Below, piece by piece: positions 1-12,800 of a stretch of 64,000 bases of DNA (its first letter is position 1; the number at the start of each line of letters is the position of its first letter). Source of the DNA: Phallusia mammillata (Eukaryota); contig OZ281496.1 of assembly GCA_965637545.1 (NCBI GenBank), positions 20,770,001 to 20,834,000 on the forward strand. Direction: 5' to 3'. The position numbers were made by a program, and so were the translations under genes. The notes below the pieces were generated by a model that was given only the letters and a program-made list of their open reading frames with translations, was not told the DNA's origin and did no database searches.

Positions 1-821
1 CAAAAACCGAGATACACGCTGATATTCTTGCTCAACAAGAAAATCATACGAAGAAGCACTGTTAATCTCACAGAAGGGTGACAAACCGAAAACCGAAAAC
101 CAGAAACACAGTTAAACACGGGTGACCAAAACAATATTTCGTTGGGTTAAGACTAGTTTCCAGTTTTGTTTGACCACAACAACGAACTAAAGGTCATCAA
201 TGATTCGTTTGCCTGTGTTGCCTGTGTGCGCTTTCGTGCAAGAAGAAGGCAATTTCGCTTGCTCATCAAAGAGTCGAGTTGTGGAAATAGCGAAAAAGGA
301 AATCGTGTTTATAAGAGGGAACGGTTGCCACGCAAGTGAAGCTGATGCTGCGCACGCTACAATACCTATTGCAAACGCGTATATCCTTTTTATCACCGAG
401 AGTTGGTAAAGCAATCAAGTAATTTTGTCAGACCAGTATGGATACGTTTATTGACGGAAAGCAGTTTGCTCTAAAAATAAACGTTTTGCCAATGCACCAA
501 GCAATTTCTTTCAGTTAAAGTTTTTAATGGCTACTTGTGCGCAATCAGAAAAACACACGTAATGAGGTCAAAAAAGGTTTATTAGACACTCTGTTTAACA
601 CACGTAATGTAGTTTAACACAAAACGTCTGAGAAATTCTTCGGGTACAAAAAAGATTAGATGGCCAGCAAGGTTTCAAACAAACAATCGCCGAAACAGAA
701 CAGCAAAATTAAGAAATTGCTTGAAGTTGTTTTTGGTAGTTGTCCTACTACAATTACAAAACAAGTTATCTTACCTACAGTTTCCACGTATTTTTTTACA
801 GCAAAAATTATAGGGAAAAAA

Positions 822-3800
822 ATGATGTTTCGCTTTCTGTTGATAGTGGTTACATTGTCACGCAGTTCCTCACTTCCATGTAAGTATATACAAGAAAAAA
901 AATGACTAAATGGTTTGCAAAGTTTTATACTATATCTCAGGAGTGTGCTACCTTTATCTATGAGGGGCCAAATACAATTAACATGGTTGTTTCGTGAGTT
1001 GCACCTGGTTACGACATACGTTTACTTCACTTTGTTGCGCACCTAGCACCTTTATATTGAGACAACAGCTACCAGTAATCGTGTCATTACAAATTATCAT
1101 TGAAGTCGCTTGCTACCATTACATTAAAGTAGTTTATCCTCACTTTATTTAAATTCCAAATGTCTGAACAAAACGTCGCGAACAACTTTTATACCCCAAC
1201 GCGATATACCATATTTTTATTCTACAGGAAATTTACGAACTTACATCATACGCCTGAGTTAACGAACGAGCTTTGCTGTTTTGGCCATTTTTGCATTTTA
1301 CGCGTTTTACTTCGACTGTTAATTTAAACAAAGTCTTGTAGTGAAACCGACAGCTTGCCGAGCACACAATTTTAGACCAATTTTCACTCGAATCGATTCG
1401 TGCAATTCGTATTTCTAACATACAAATGTAATTTAGGCTATACATGGTGATTTTAAACACAACTTCGTCACCATGCTAAACTACGATCAAAGACTATAAC
1501 ATCAACACAATACATTAGTAAAATCATGAACCAAACGTATGGTAATGTGTACCGAACAACTTTTCTACAGTAAACTAACGTTTACTTTTCCAGACCCTGC
1601 TAAAGAGAACAGTGCTTCATTTTGGAAAACTTCTGGCGATGAAGCTGTGATGGACGCGGTTGAAAAGTTCGAAAATATCAACAAAGGAGTCGCAAAAAAC
1701 GTTATCATGGTTATCGGTGACGGGATGAGTTTGGGAACGACCACAGCGGGAAGAGTTTACATAGGACAGAAGCAAGGAGAACTCGGAGAGGATCATGTTA
1801 CTCAATTAGACCGCTTTCCCCACATCGGACTAGCGAAGACCTACAGTCGTAAGCTAATTAAAGGGGCCTTACAATTGCTCAAGAAATTCGGTCTAAGCCA
1901 TATTGCATTGGCAAAATGTTGCAACCTCGTGTGTCCACATTGACTACATAACCGTTAAGTTAACCAACATTTTGGCAACAAATATCCTTTATCGTGGAAT
2001 GTATTTTGCGTTCTGTATGAGGTTAAAGACAGTAACCAACGGTTTGTTACAAACTGGCCAAAAAAATGACGAATGTTGCAAACATACGTGAAAGATCAGC
2101 AATGTTAATGTCATTATATACAAGACATTCCTAGAAAGCTTTCAAAGACACAGACAATGCGACTTCGCTTTCAAAACTCTTTTGGCTTGTATGCAAATTG
2201 TTCTAGGTACTATAGAGCTGCACTCGGCAAATTTTACGCATACATTTTAACTAACAGGCACAACCAATTTGCCCAAGATCGAATAGGCGACACGGGGAAG
2301 ATTGATATAATCGATTAAGTTGATTGTCATCAGCATGATGCACACGTTCGCTAAATGCATATTGTTAAAGTGGTTTGCCACGTAAGCGAGTTGCACGAAA
2401 ATAGAAACCACTCAGTGCCAACAGTTCACCCCATGCATTCGAGATCAGATCATCGATGCCATACAGATAAACCACAATAAAAATATCACGGTCAGCGATA
2501 TCTGAATCTCATTATTGCCGTTTATTTCCGCAAGGGTGTCACATTACTGTTGGCGATACGGTCTTTTAAGGGGTAGTGGTAATTGTGAGCGAACCTCAAC
2601 GTTTATATGTGTCCATTAAGCGAGATAAGGGAATTGATAACATCTACTGAATGACGTGTTCGAAAATGAACCCTGCGATGCAACGCAAAAAAGGCTCGTT
2701 TGCAGCAAAGTTGCATGAATGCACATGCTTGCATATCGCAGCATTGATTTACCTCATTCTTGACTTTTGTACACTCTTTTTCAACGTTTAATTTAAGTGG
2801 TAACGATATTGTGTCCATGGCCGTTTAGGATCTTAATCGATTGCAACAATTAGGGACAAATATTCGTTCACGCACAATAAATGTCTACTTGGTGATTCAG
2901 TGTACATTTTAAAATTTAAATCAGTTTAGTCCGCCCCTGACAGATATGTTATTGCCTTAATCACCTGATAAAGCCGCATTCTTAACAGAATGTATGTTTT
3001 GATTATTAAACTTAGCTCACCTTTAAACTGTCATTTTTTCATCAAGTACAAAAGACTTGCTAAATGTTGCTTGGTAAAAAGGTTGGAGATTGTCTTTGAT
3101 TTAACTAAAATGAAGTCGCATCATATTAGTACTGTTAATAATTGCTTTCTACTTTTGCAGTGGATCACCAAACACCTGACAGTGCTAGTACAGGAACAGC
3201 ACTTCTTTGTGGAGTTAAAACAAGAAGTGGAATGCTGGGGGTGACAGGAAATGCAGAAAAGTGTGAACAATCAACAGAAAACCATGTTTATTCAGCCCTC
3301 GAAAAGGCTATAAAAAAAGGTTGGTAATAAGACTTCACAAATTTTTGTAACCAAGATCGAATCGATGGGCCAGGAGTACTGAAATTTACAAGATCAAATA
3401 CTACATATAAAATGTGTCAAATGAATAAAAAACAGCAAGTTTGAAAAAGAATACAAAACTAAAAAACATTGTCTTAATTTAAGTCTTAGTTTACTGAATA
3501 CATTTTAATGACTACAAAAAAAACAAAACTGTGCCTACCACAATGCAACAACATGTAAAGTTTGGAGATTGACCAAAGATCTGTAAATTAAAATAGGTAA
3601 ATTTTGCACATAAATTTGCATATATGCAACTGATTATATTTCCATAATAGTGACAAGACAATTACATTTGTTCTTTTACATAGCACTTAGACAATTTTAC
3701 AGTATCATGTATCAATCATCCACAATGTTATTGCAACTCGATATGAAAACTACCCATGAGTATTTTAAAACCAGCTATTTTTACTTGCCCTACAGAAAAT

Positions 3801-6800
3801 CTCAGTAGTTATAAGAGCATTACTCACTGCAATGTCCATCAATATTTTGTATTGCTTGTTGGGTTTCAAATATATAGCAATATTTTGAATGTATCATTAC
3901 AAATTACAACAAAAATTTGTAAAATTGTTTCATAGACTAAATTAACTTTTGAAAATATAATATCATGAAATATAAGCAATAACAAAAATCACCTTTACCT
4001 ATGACTAAACTGATGTGTACTGAATATTTTCTGAAATTTAACACACATAAAACATATTGCTACTATTTTATAAGAATGAGCCTTTTTCAAGTTTAGGCAG
4101 CATATACACAAAACAACTTTAACAATTGGAAAATGCATATTTATGTTTAGGTAAGTCTACTGGTATTGTGACTAACACAAGAGTTCAACATGCAACCCCA
4201 GCAGCATCATATGCTCATATTACTCAAAGGTAAACAAAAAAAAGTTTATGCAGTCATTTTGACATATGCTTTTTGCAAATATTTGATATTTTAGTTTTTT
4301 ACTGTATGCAGGTAAACTTTATATTAAAACACTTACTTAAAGTCTACAAATCCGGTATGCAAACATTAATTATGATTATTGCATCAAACGTCAACTCACT
4401 TTTTGCAACAGACAATAAAAACAAAAAATAAGAATCAAAATAGAACTACACATTTGAACAAAAACATTTAAAGTGCTTACCTTTGTAGAAAACGCGTTTG
4501 ATGCTCCTCCAACAAAACTTGTTTTGGCTATAGTGGATGATTAAGTGTCATATCATAAATTTAGGGTAAAAACTCACAGTCAAAGCCGCTGAAAAACTAA
4601 TTTTTGAATCATTTTTGCTTTTCAGACGTTGGTATTCGGACAGAAGAGTGCCAAGAAAAAACAGGAAAAACTGCAAAGATATTGCAACGCAGTTGTTTGA
4701 AAAGCGTTTGGGCATTCAGGTAAATTGCCAAGTTAGCTGTAACCTTCTGTTTTTTGTTGATGTTTTGAAAGGCGGCATACAACATTGCAGTGTTTCCAAA
4801 ATGAAAATGAAAATAAGAAAATGTATCCAAAACATGTTTGTTGTTGCAGGTAATACTCGGTGGAGGGAGATCTCCAATGCGTCCAAACAACGTCAAGGAC
4901 GAAGAATTTCCGTCAAAGAAAGGCGAACGCCTTGACGGAAGAAATCTGATTAAAGAATGGGAAATGGATTTGAATAAGCGGGGGAAAGAGGCCGAGTGAG
5001 TTTAATGGATTTAACACATTTTCTTTGGACATTTTCTTTTTGTTGGCTACATGTATACTTCCAACGCACATGTTTGCAACGGCAATGATTTCAGTCGCAT
5101 ATCTATTTAGTTTGTTATCTTATTGAAACTATGTTCGGGTTACGGGGTCAAATTAGGACTACATTCATTCAACGCAAAGCAAATTACATTTTGAATGAAA
5201 ACGTACAACCAAATACCACCTTGTCGTGCTTTGATTTGATCTCTTTCAGGCCTAGCGTCTTGTAAGCACATGCTAACTTTAAAAGACCAAATTTTACAGG
5301 TACGTTTGGAACAAGGAACAGTTTATGAATGTGGATGTCAACAGCACCGACTATTTGTTAGGTTTATTTAGTCCGTACGAGATGAAATATAAGCTTGACC
5401 GCTTTAAAGATGTGAGTGGGGAACCAAGCCTTGCCGAAATGGTGCAAAAGGTCAGTTTGAATTGAATTTTGATTTATCTTTAGCAAATGTTATATTTGTA
5501 AAAATACTTAAAAATTGTAAGTCATGTGATTTAACACAACTAAACGGCAAAATGTCAAACGTCAGGCATAATTTTTCGATAATATCACAACCCTCAAACA
5601 TCCTAACCTGAAAATTATGTTGTTGTTTCATTTTTAATATGCTTTACGCGACAAAAACGGTTTTAAGTGTCTTAAGGGCATTGTTAAATGCAAAACCAGC
5701 CTATACCGCGGATAAAACACGACCTAAACATCACATACCCTGATCGAGCTCGATGTAGCCTCACCACACGGACGTGGATGGCGATATCATCGACAGGAAG
5801 TGTGGTTTTCTCAAGTCTGTTTACATTTTTGATTTTGCACACCTTGAGTGACCGTTTTAGGGTTGATACACTACGTTTTGCAGCTGTGCACTGCGGTAAT
5901 TGAATTACAAACCAACGTCGTTATAATAAATACTTGATGTAGCACATGTCAACATGAGCGGAAGTTAAAGGTCGAATTAATATAAACAGGTGTTTATATG
6001 AATGTTAGCACTTCAGGTGCTTATACTGTGTTCGTGATACTCACTGTTACATCTCCACGTTCAGTTACGCATGATTAACTTGTCTCATTATTCCACTGCT
6101 ATGACGTTACAATCGCCATGTGCGTAACAGTAAAATTAGAAGGCCTTTGTCTGTATGTTGCAATGATTAGTTCATTTTACTGTACAACGTGGTCGAGTAA
6201 GGTGATTTATTACTGCATTAAGTAAATTCGTTTGTGTTGCATTTTTAGAGACGAATAAGGCTAAATTAAATATTGTGACGACTGACTAATTAATCTTCAA
6301 GTGAAGGCTGTTTACCGTGATTGTCGGTGAGTGTTTAATTCGATTTGTGACCTAAATTAATTCATGGCTTTATGTGTGACTTATGGCATGCTGTATTTTC
6401 CTATAGTGATTGCAGCGATTGTTTCATCGTCTTGCAACTGTTGATACGTGTACTGTACCTGTTGACCTGTGTCGCAAAATAGTTGGTAAGTTAGTCATTG
6501 GCATTTTTGTGCGTTGACATATGTCAATGTGTTTCGTTTTCTTGTTTAGAAAACCGTTCCCGTACCCGTTCCCGTTTCGTTCTCAACCCTGTTTCTGTCC
6601 GTTCCTGATTGTGTACGACGTTGTGGTTGTTGCCGCTGTTGTCGCTGTGGATTATTACACGTGATTCGGGAAGTGTGATTTGTGTGGGAAAGGGCGGGGC
6701 GTGTTTCAACGTGACAAACCCCTTTGTGAGGCTCAGCCTTGCAGGTCGGCCGTTCAGAGTCTACATAAAGAAGTTTTCAACTATTGCTCGTTGAAAAGGA

Positions 6801-9800
6801 AGTTTCAACTGTCGCTGATTGAGAGAAGCTTTCTACTCTTCCTTATTGGAAAGAAGCTGTTGCTTGGTTAAAAAATGAATTCCGACACGATTGAAGAAGA
6901 TAAGGGTGAACAGCTCATCAAATTGCAACGTTTATTGCAAGAATCCTACACCCAAACGGAACGTTTAATGGTCAGTCCCAATAACTTAGTTTCTGTACAT
7001 TCATCAGTGCGAATTATAAATGAAAGGTACCGACTTCTTGTGGAGCACATTACTTCAAATTCACCTGAAAATGAAGACCTTGTCAAGGATTTGTTAAAGC
7101 GATACGCTGAGGAGAAGACGGAGTTTGATAGCAGGGTTGCTGAATGGATCGAAAAGGCCCAGCCTGCTACGTCCCCACCGCCACAAGCTGGTTCAAAAAA
7201 GTCGGCAAAAAGTTGCACTTCTAGTTGCCGTACTTCAGCAAGTACGAGTTCCAGTGTTCGTAGAACTGAAGCACGAATTAAGCTTGAGATGGCTCGCGCA
7301 AAACTTCGTCAGGCCAAGGAAAGACAGGACGAGGAGAACGAGCGACGAAAGAAGCTGCTTGATGACGAACGCAAGTTGCGTGATGAAGAACAGAAGTTGC
7401 GTGAGTCAGAGCGCCGATTGACAGCCGACGCAGAAATTCGCGAGGTACAACGTCAAGCCGAACTAGCCGAAATCGAAGCTCGCGGATGGGAAGGTAAATT
7501 CGAAGCGGAATTCGTTTATCCGCCAACCGTAGAGAGGCCTTTTGTGCAAACGGTCACCGAATGTCCAAAACCTGTACCGCGTTGTGATAGGCAGGAGCTG
7601 CCTAAAGTAAGTCATCAGCCTCCTATCTATGCTACTCCGCAATACGATTGTCAAAATAGGAATAATCCCACAGTAGCGCAGGAACCTCGTTACAGCTCAG
7701 ATGAGCGTTTTCTACCGCGTCCGAAGATAATGTCATTTAACGGCGATCCAATGGAATACTGGACGTTCATTCGCAACTTTGAAGCGCACGTTGCCACTAA
7801 AGTTCACTCTGACGATTTGCGGTTGGTTTATCTGCTGCAACATTGTGATGACAAAGTGCGACCTAAAATTGATCACTTGACGAAAAGGCCAGTCGAGGGT
7901 TACCGACAGGCACGTCAAAAGCTATTTCATGAGTACGGACAGCCGCACATTATCGCAAATGCCTGTGAGCAGCATTTGAAGAAGAGTCCTCGCTTGAAAG
8001 GAGATCAACCGGAACGACTAATGCAGTTTGCAGATCTGCTGGAAAAATGTCTCACTACACTGGAGGATATCGATGAATATGCCGGTCTTAATTCACTTGA
8101 CACCATGCTGCAGCTCATTGACAAGTTGCCATATCGCTTGCAGGAAAGATGGATAGAGCGATCAGTCGAAGTTCTACATCGCACTAATCGTGAAGCCGGG
8201 TTTAGCCACTTTGTTCAGTTTGTTTCGGAGCGTGCTGAGGTGGAAAATTCCCTCTACGGAAGTAGGATTATGGGTTCTAGGCGCGACAAGGATCCTGGTC
8301 CACCGATGAGAAAGCCAAGAGCGTCTGCGTACGTTGTGAACCCAGTAGAAGTTCGGCAGCGTCCGGCAGAGAGGCCGACTACTTCCGCTACGTGTCTGTT
8401 CTGTGGTAAGGCTCACGATTTGTCCAAGTGCTTTGAGTTTAAACGTAAAACGTACTCCGAACGTGTGGAATTTGTCAGTCGTAAGAGATTGTGCTTCAGA
8501 TGCCTTACTCCAGGTCATCGTGTAAGAAGATGTAAAGCGAGAACTGCCTGCGAAGAAAACGACTGTTCGAGTCACTATCACCACACATTGCTGCATAGGC
8601 CTGCTCCAGCCGCAAAGCCAGAGTCACCAGCGACACCGGTTGAACCACAAAAGGTCGCTTCATGTTCAGTAGCAACGCCCGGCGAATGCGGTTACGACGA
8701 CGTGTATCAGTGTGTCGTACCGGTTGAGGTAAAATACGAAGGCCGGAAGGTTTTAACTTACGCATTTTTGGATATCGGCTCTACCGGAACCTTCTGTAAC
8801 CAAAGGTTGATTAAAGCCCTGGGCATGAAAGGTGAAACTAAGGAGATTGTTTTGCAAACACTGACAGATGAAGCCAAAGAGCATACGGCTGTTTCAGTGA
8901 GTTTCTCTGTTTCTCCAGTAGGTGGCGGAGATGATATATTTCTCCCTAAAGTAATAACCGTTGGTGAAATCCCCGTTCGTCCTAATCCGATTCTTAGCAA
9001 AGAAGCATTAAGGGGTGCCCCACATTTACGTGACTTGGATTTTCCCTTAATCGAGAAAGGAACTGTAACATTGCTGATTGGTCTGGATAATCCAGACGCC
9101 TTGTTCATTGATGAGATGCGTCGTGGTCCAAAAGGGAAACCGTTTGCTGTCAAGACACCTTTTGGATGGACATTATTTGGCCCTTCACTCCTTCCGTGTG
9201 CATCATCGAGGTATCAGGTGAACTTCGTGAAGTCTAGAGACAGCTCTTTACAGAAGCAAATCTCTAGTCTGTGGGAGACAGATTTTGGGGACGAAACTGC
9301 TGTTCTAGATTTCCCCACGTCGCGCGAAGACAGAAAGACGTATGGTATCATGCAAAAGAACGTGAAAATGGTGGAAGGTCACTATGAGCTGCCGTTGCCG
9401 TGGAGAGAAAGCTCAGCTTGTTTGCCAGATAACAAGCCAATGGCCGAAAGACGGCTGACGTACTTGAAGCGACGCCTGGAGAAGGATCACTCACTGAAGG
9501 AAAAGTACGTGAGCACAATGCAGTCCTACCTCGAGAAAGGGTACGCAAGAGAGATACCTCGAGAAGAAATCGAATCGGTTGATGGTGTTTGCTGGTATTT
9601 ACCACACCATCCTGTACTTCATCCCCGTAAACCAAACAAGGTTCGTGTAGTTTTTGACTGCGCTGCAAAGCACAAGGGCGTTTCCCTCAATGATGTGCTG
9701 ATGCAGGGCCCGGATCTCGTAAACAGTTTGGTGGGTGTTTTGACTCGATTTCGCAAAGAGCGGTACGCTTTGGTGGCCGATATAGAATCGATGTTCCACC

Positions 9801-12800
9801 AGATTCGTGTTACCCCTAAGGACAGGGACGCCTTGCGATTTCTGTGGTGGCCAGGAGGGGATTGGACAAATCAACCAACAGCGCATCAAATGACTGTGCA
9901 CCTGTTCGGGGCGACTTCATCCCCTAGTTGCGCGAGTTTTTGCTTGAAGCAAACAGCCTTGGATTTTGGTCAAGATTTCAATGCACAAGCGTCTTCGGTC
10001 GTCAGAAGAAATTTTTACGTGGACGACTGCCTGACTTCGGTTGCATCTACAGTGGAGGGAATTCAAATGACCAAAGAGATTTCAGATTTGTTGTCACGTG
10101 GAGGATTCCACTTGACAAAATGGCTCAGTAATAACCAGAAGATTCTGTCAAAAATTCCTGAAGAAGAGAGGTCAAAGGCAGTGCGAAACAAAAGCTTGAG
10201 TGATGACGTCACAGAGAGAGTGCTTGGTGTCCACTGGAACGTGCACGAAGATACGTTTGGATTTAAGGTCAACCTTCCTGAAACGGCGAAGACTCGAAGA
10301 GGACTTCTTTCTGCATTGAGTTCACTGCACGACCCTCTTGGATTCGTTGCACCGTGCACGCTTGGAGCCAAATTATTACTCCAAGGTTTGTGCAAACGTG
10401 GAGTTGGCTGGGACGACTGCATTTTGGAATCGGAAGCAACACAATGGAGCGAATGGCTTGGGCGTTTACCGAAGCTTCATGACCTGTGTCTTCCTCGTTG
10501 TTTTAAGCCCGATGATTTCGGCGATGTGCAAAGTTGGGAGTTACACCACTTTGCAGATGCTTCCTCCGTGGCCTACGGAGCTGTGTGTTATCTGAGGATA
10601 GTCGACGTCGGTTTGCGTGTTCACTGCGTGTTTCTTGTTGGCAAGTGTCGACTAGCGCCGCTGAAAACAGTGTCAATTCCAAGACTGGAACTGACGGCGG
10701 CAGTTCTATCCGTGAAGCTAGATGAAATGATGCGACGAGAGCTTGGCTTGCCAGTGCATCGGTCTGTGTTCTGGACAGACTCCACTGCCGTCCTACAGAG
10801 CATCAGGAATTCGAAGAAGAGATTCCCTACGTTCGTTGCTAATCGAATTGCAAAGATTGAAAGGCAAAGCGATCCTTTAAGCTGGAGACATGTTCCTTCA
10901 AAGCTCAATCCGGCAGACGAGGCGTCACGTGGATTGACGTCAGAAGCGTTAGTGACGTCTGGCCGCTGGTTGCGCGGTCCGCAGTTTTTGTTGGAATCTG
11001 AGGATCACTGGCCTGTGAGTCCGATTGTTTTACCCGACTTGCCTGCTGAGTTCAGTCCCGTAAAAAAGCAGGAAGTCTCCATACATATGGTCGTAGAGAG
11101 GCAGTCCATAGTTGAGAGGATCATCCATCGGTACTCTTCGTTGCATCATTTGAAAAAGAGTATCGCCTGGCTGCTTCGATATAAGAAGTTTTTACTGTCG
11201 CGTGTTCGCGGTAACAAGGCTGTGGTGGAGAATCGTGGATCATTATCTGTTGAAGAATTAAATGCTGCCGAACTGGAGTTGATTAAATATGTGCAGCGAA
11301 AGCATTTCAGCCCTGAGCTTGCTGCGTTGGAGAAGGGATCTCTTTCCAAGACCTCTGTGAAACGTCACATGTTCAAACTAAATCCAATGGTTGTTAACTC
11401 CGTGCTTCGAGTTGGTGGTCGACTAGAAAAGGCTTTCATTCCGTACGATGCCAAACATCCGATTCTTCTACCACATTCGTGTCATTTTACTGACTTGGTT
11501 ATCGAGAGACATCATCGTCTTGTCGGACATTCTGGGATGGGCCACACTTGGTCGTCGCTGCGCCAAAGGTTTTGGATACTTAAAGGTGGAGTAGCCGTAC
11601 GCCGAGTGATTGGGAATTGCCTGTTCTGCAAGAGAAGAAATGCTTCCGCTGGAGTACAGAGGATGGCAGACCTTCCTTCAGCAAGACTGCATCCGGACGA
11701 GCCCCCGTTTTCACACGTAGGGGTGGATTATTTCGGTCCCTTTCCAGTTAAGCAGGGACGGAGCATCGTGAAACGGTATGGAGCAGTGTTTACCTGCCTT
11801 TCAATTCGAGCTGTCCATATCGAAGTTGCCCACAGCCTATCTACAGACTCGTTCATCGACGCGCTTCGTCGCTTCATTGGTCGGCGTGGGAATCCTGTAA
11901 ATATATATTCCGACAATGGGACGAACTTTGTCGGTGCAGAACGGATACTGAGAGAATCACTGCAGTCTTGGAACCAAGTTCACATTGAGGAGTACCTGAA
12001 ACAAAGCGGAATTCGTTGGTCGTTCAATCCCCCGACAGCCAGTCATATGGGAGGTGCGTGGGACGAATGGTGCGCTCCATCCGGCGAATTCTGACGTCTC
12101 TGATGACACAGCAAGTTGTTTCCGACGAAACATTGTCAACGCTTTTTGTTGAGGTTGAGTCAATACTCAACTCGCGTCCTCTTGTTCCTGTCACCTTTGA
12201 TCCCCGAGATGATGAACCGATCACACCCAATCATCTCCTGCTCATGAGATGCAACTCGAATTTGCCTCCTGGCTTGTTCGACAAAAAGGACTGTTACGTG
12301 CGGCGCCGTTGGGCGCAAGTGCAGTACTTGGCGAATCAATTTTGGATCCGCTGGGTTCGCGAATATCTACCGAACATCATTTCCAGGCAGAAGTGGTTCC
12401 AGAAGAGGAGAGATCTCCAGATCAACGATGTGGTTCTCGTCGTGGATGATTCACAGCCACGCTCCAAGTGGTTGATGGGTCGCGTTGCGGATACATTTCC
12501 CGATAAAACGGGAACTGTACGCTCGGTGCTTGTGCAAACGCGATACAATCGTGTCAAACGACCGATTGCAAAACTTTGCTTGATTGTCGCCGCTGAAAGT
12601 GATGTTTAGTGTGCTGTTTTGTTTATTGAATTTCGTTGAACGTTCGATGTTTGTTTGTGTGTGAAATGTATTTACCCGGGTCATACATTTAGGTGGGGGT
12701 ATGTTACATCTCCACGTTCAGTTACGCATGATTAACTTGTCTCATTATTCCACTGCTATGACGTTACAATCGCCATGTGCGTAACAGTAAAATTAGAAGG

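Noticed and set aside
1-133. Possible LTR edge on the minus strand (TGTTTTGGTCACC..., GGTTTTC repeats)
   Set aside because: Cut by the window edge; no partner LTR or TSD can be checked.
4141-5305. Three AP exons begin with donor-like sequence (AG|GTAAGT 4151, AG|GTAATA 4850, AG|GTACGT 5300), resembling recursive splice sites
   Set aside because: Explained by conserved codons (GKS, VI, EYV) and the usual AG|GT exon-start bias; the introns are short.
6524-6871. Short ORFs in the LTRs (repeated at 13181-13430)
   Set aside because: They recur only because the LTR is duplicated; no recognisable protein features.
12016-12094. Programmed ribosomal frameshift in pol
   Set aside because: No slippery heptamer, the break falls inside the integrase catalytic motif, and element #2 is continuous here.
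7125-12557. Numerous antisense and alternate-frame ORFs over gag-pol (also 39546-44909)
   Set aside because: Expected shadows of a long, GC-richer coding region.
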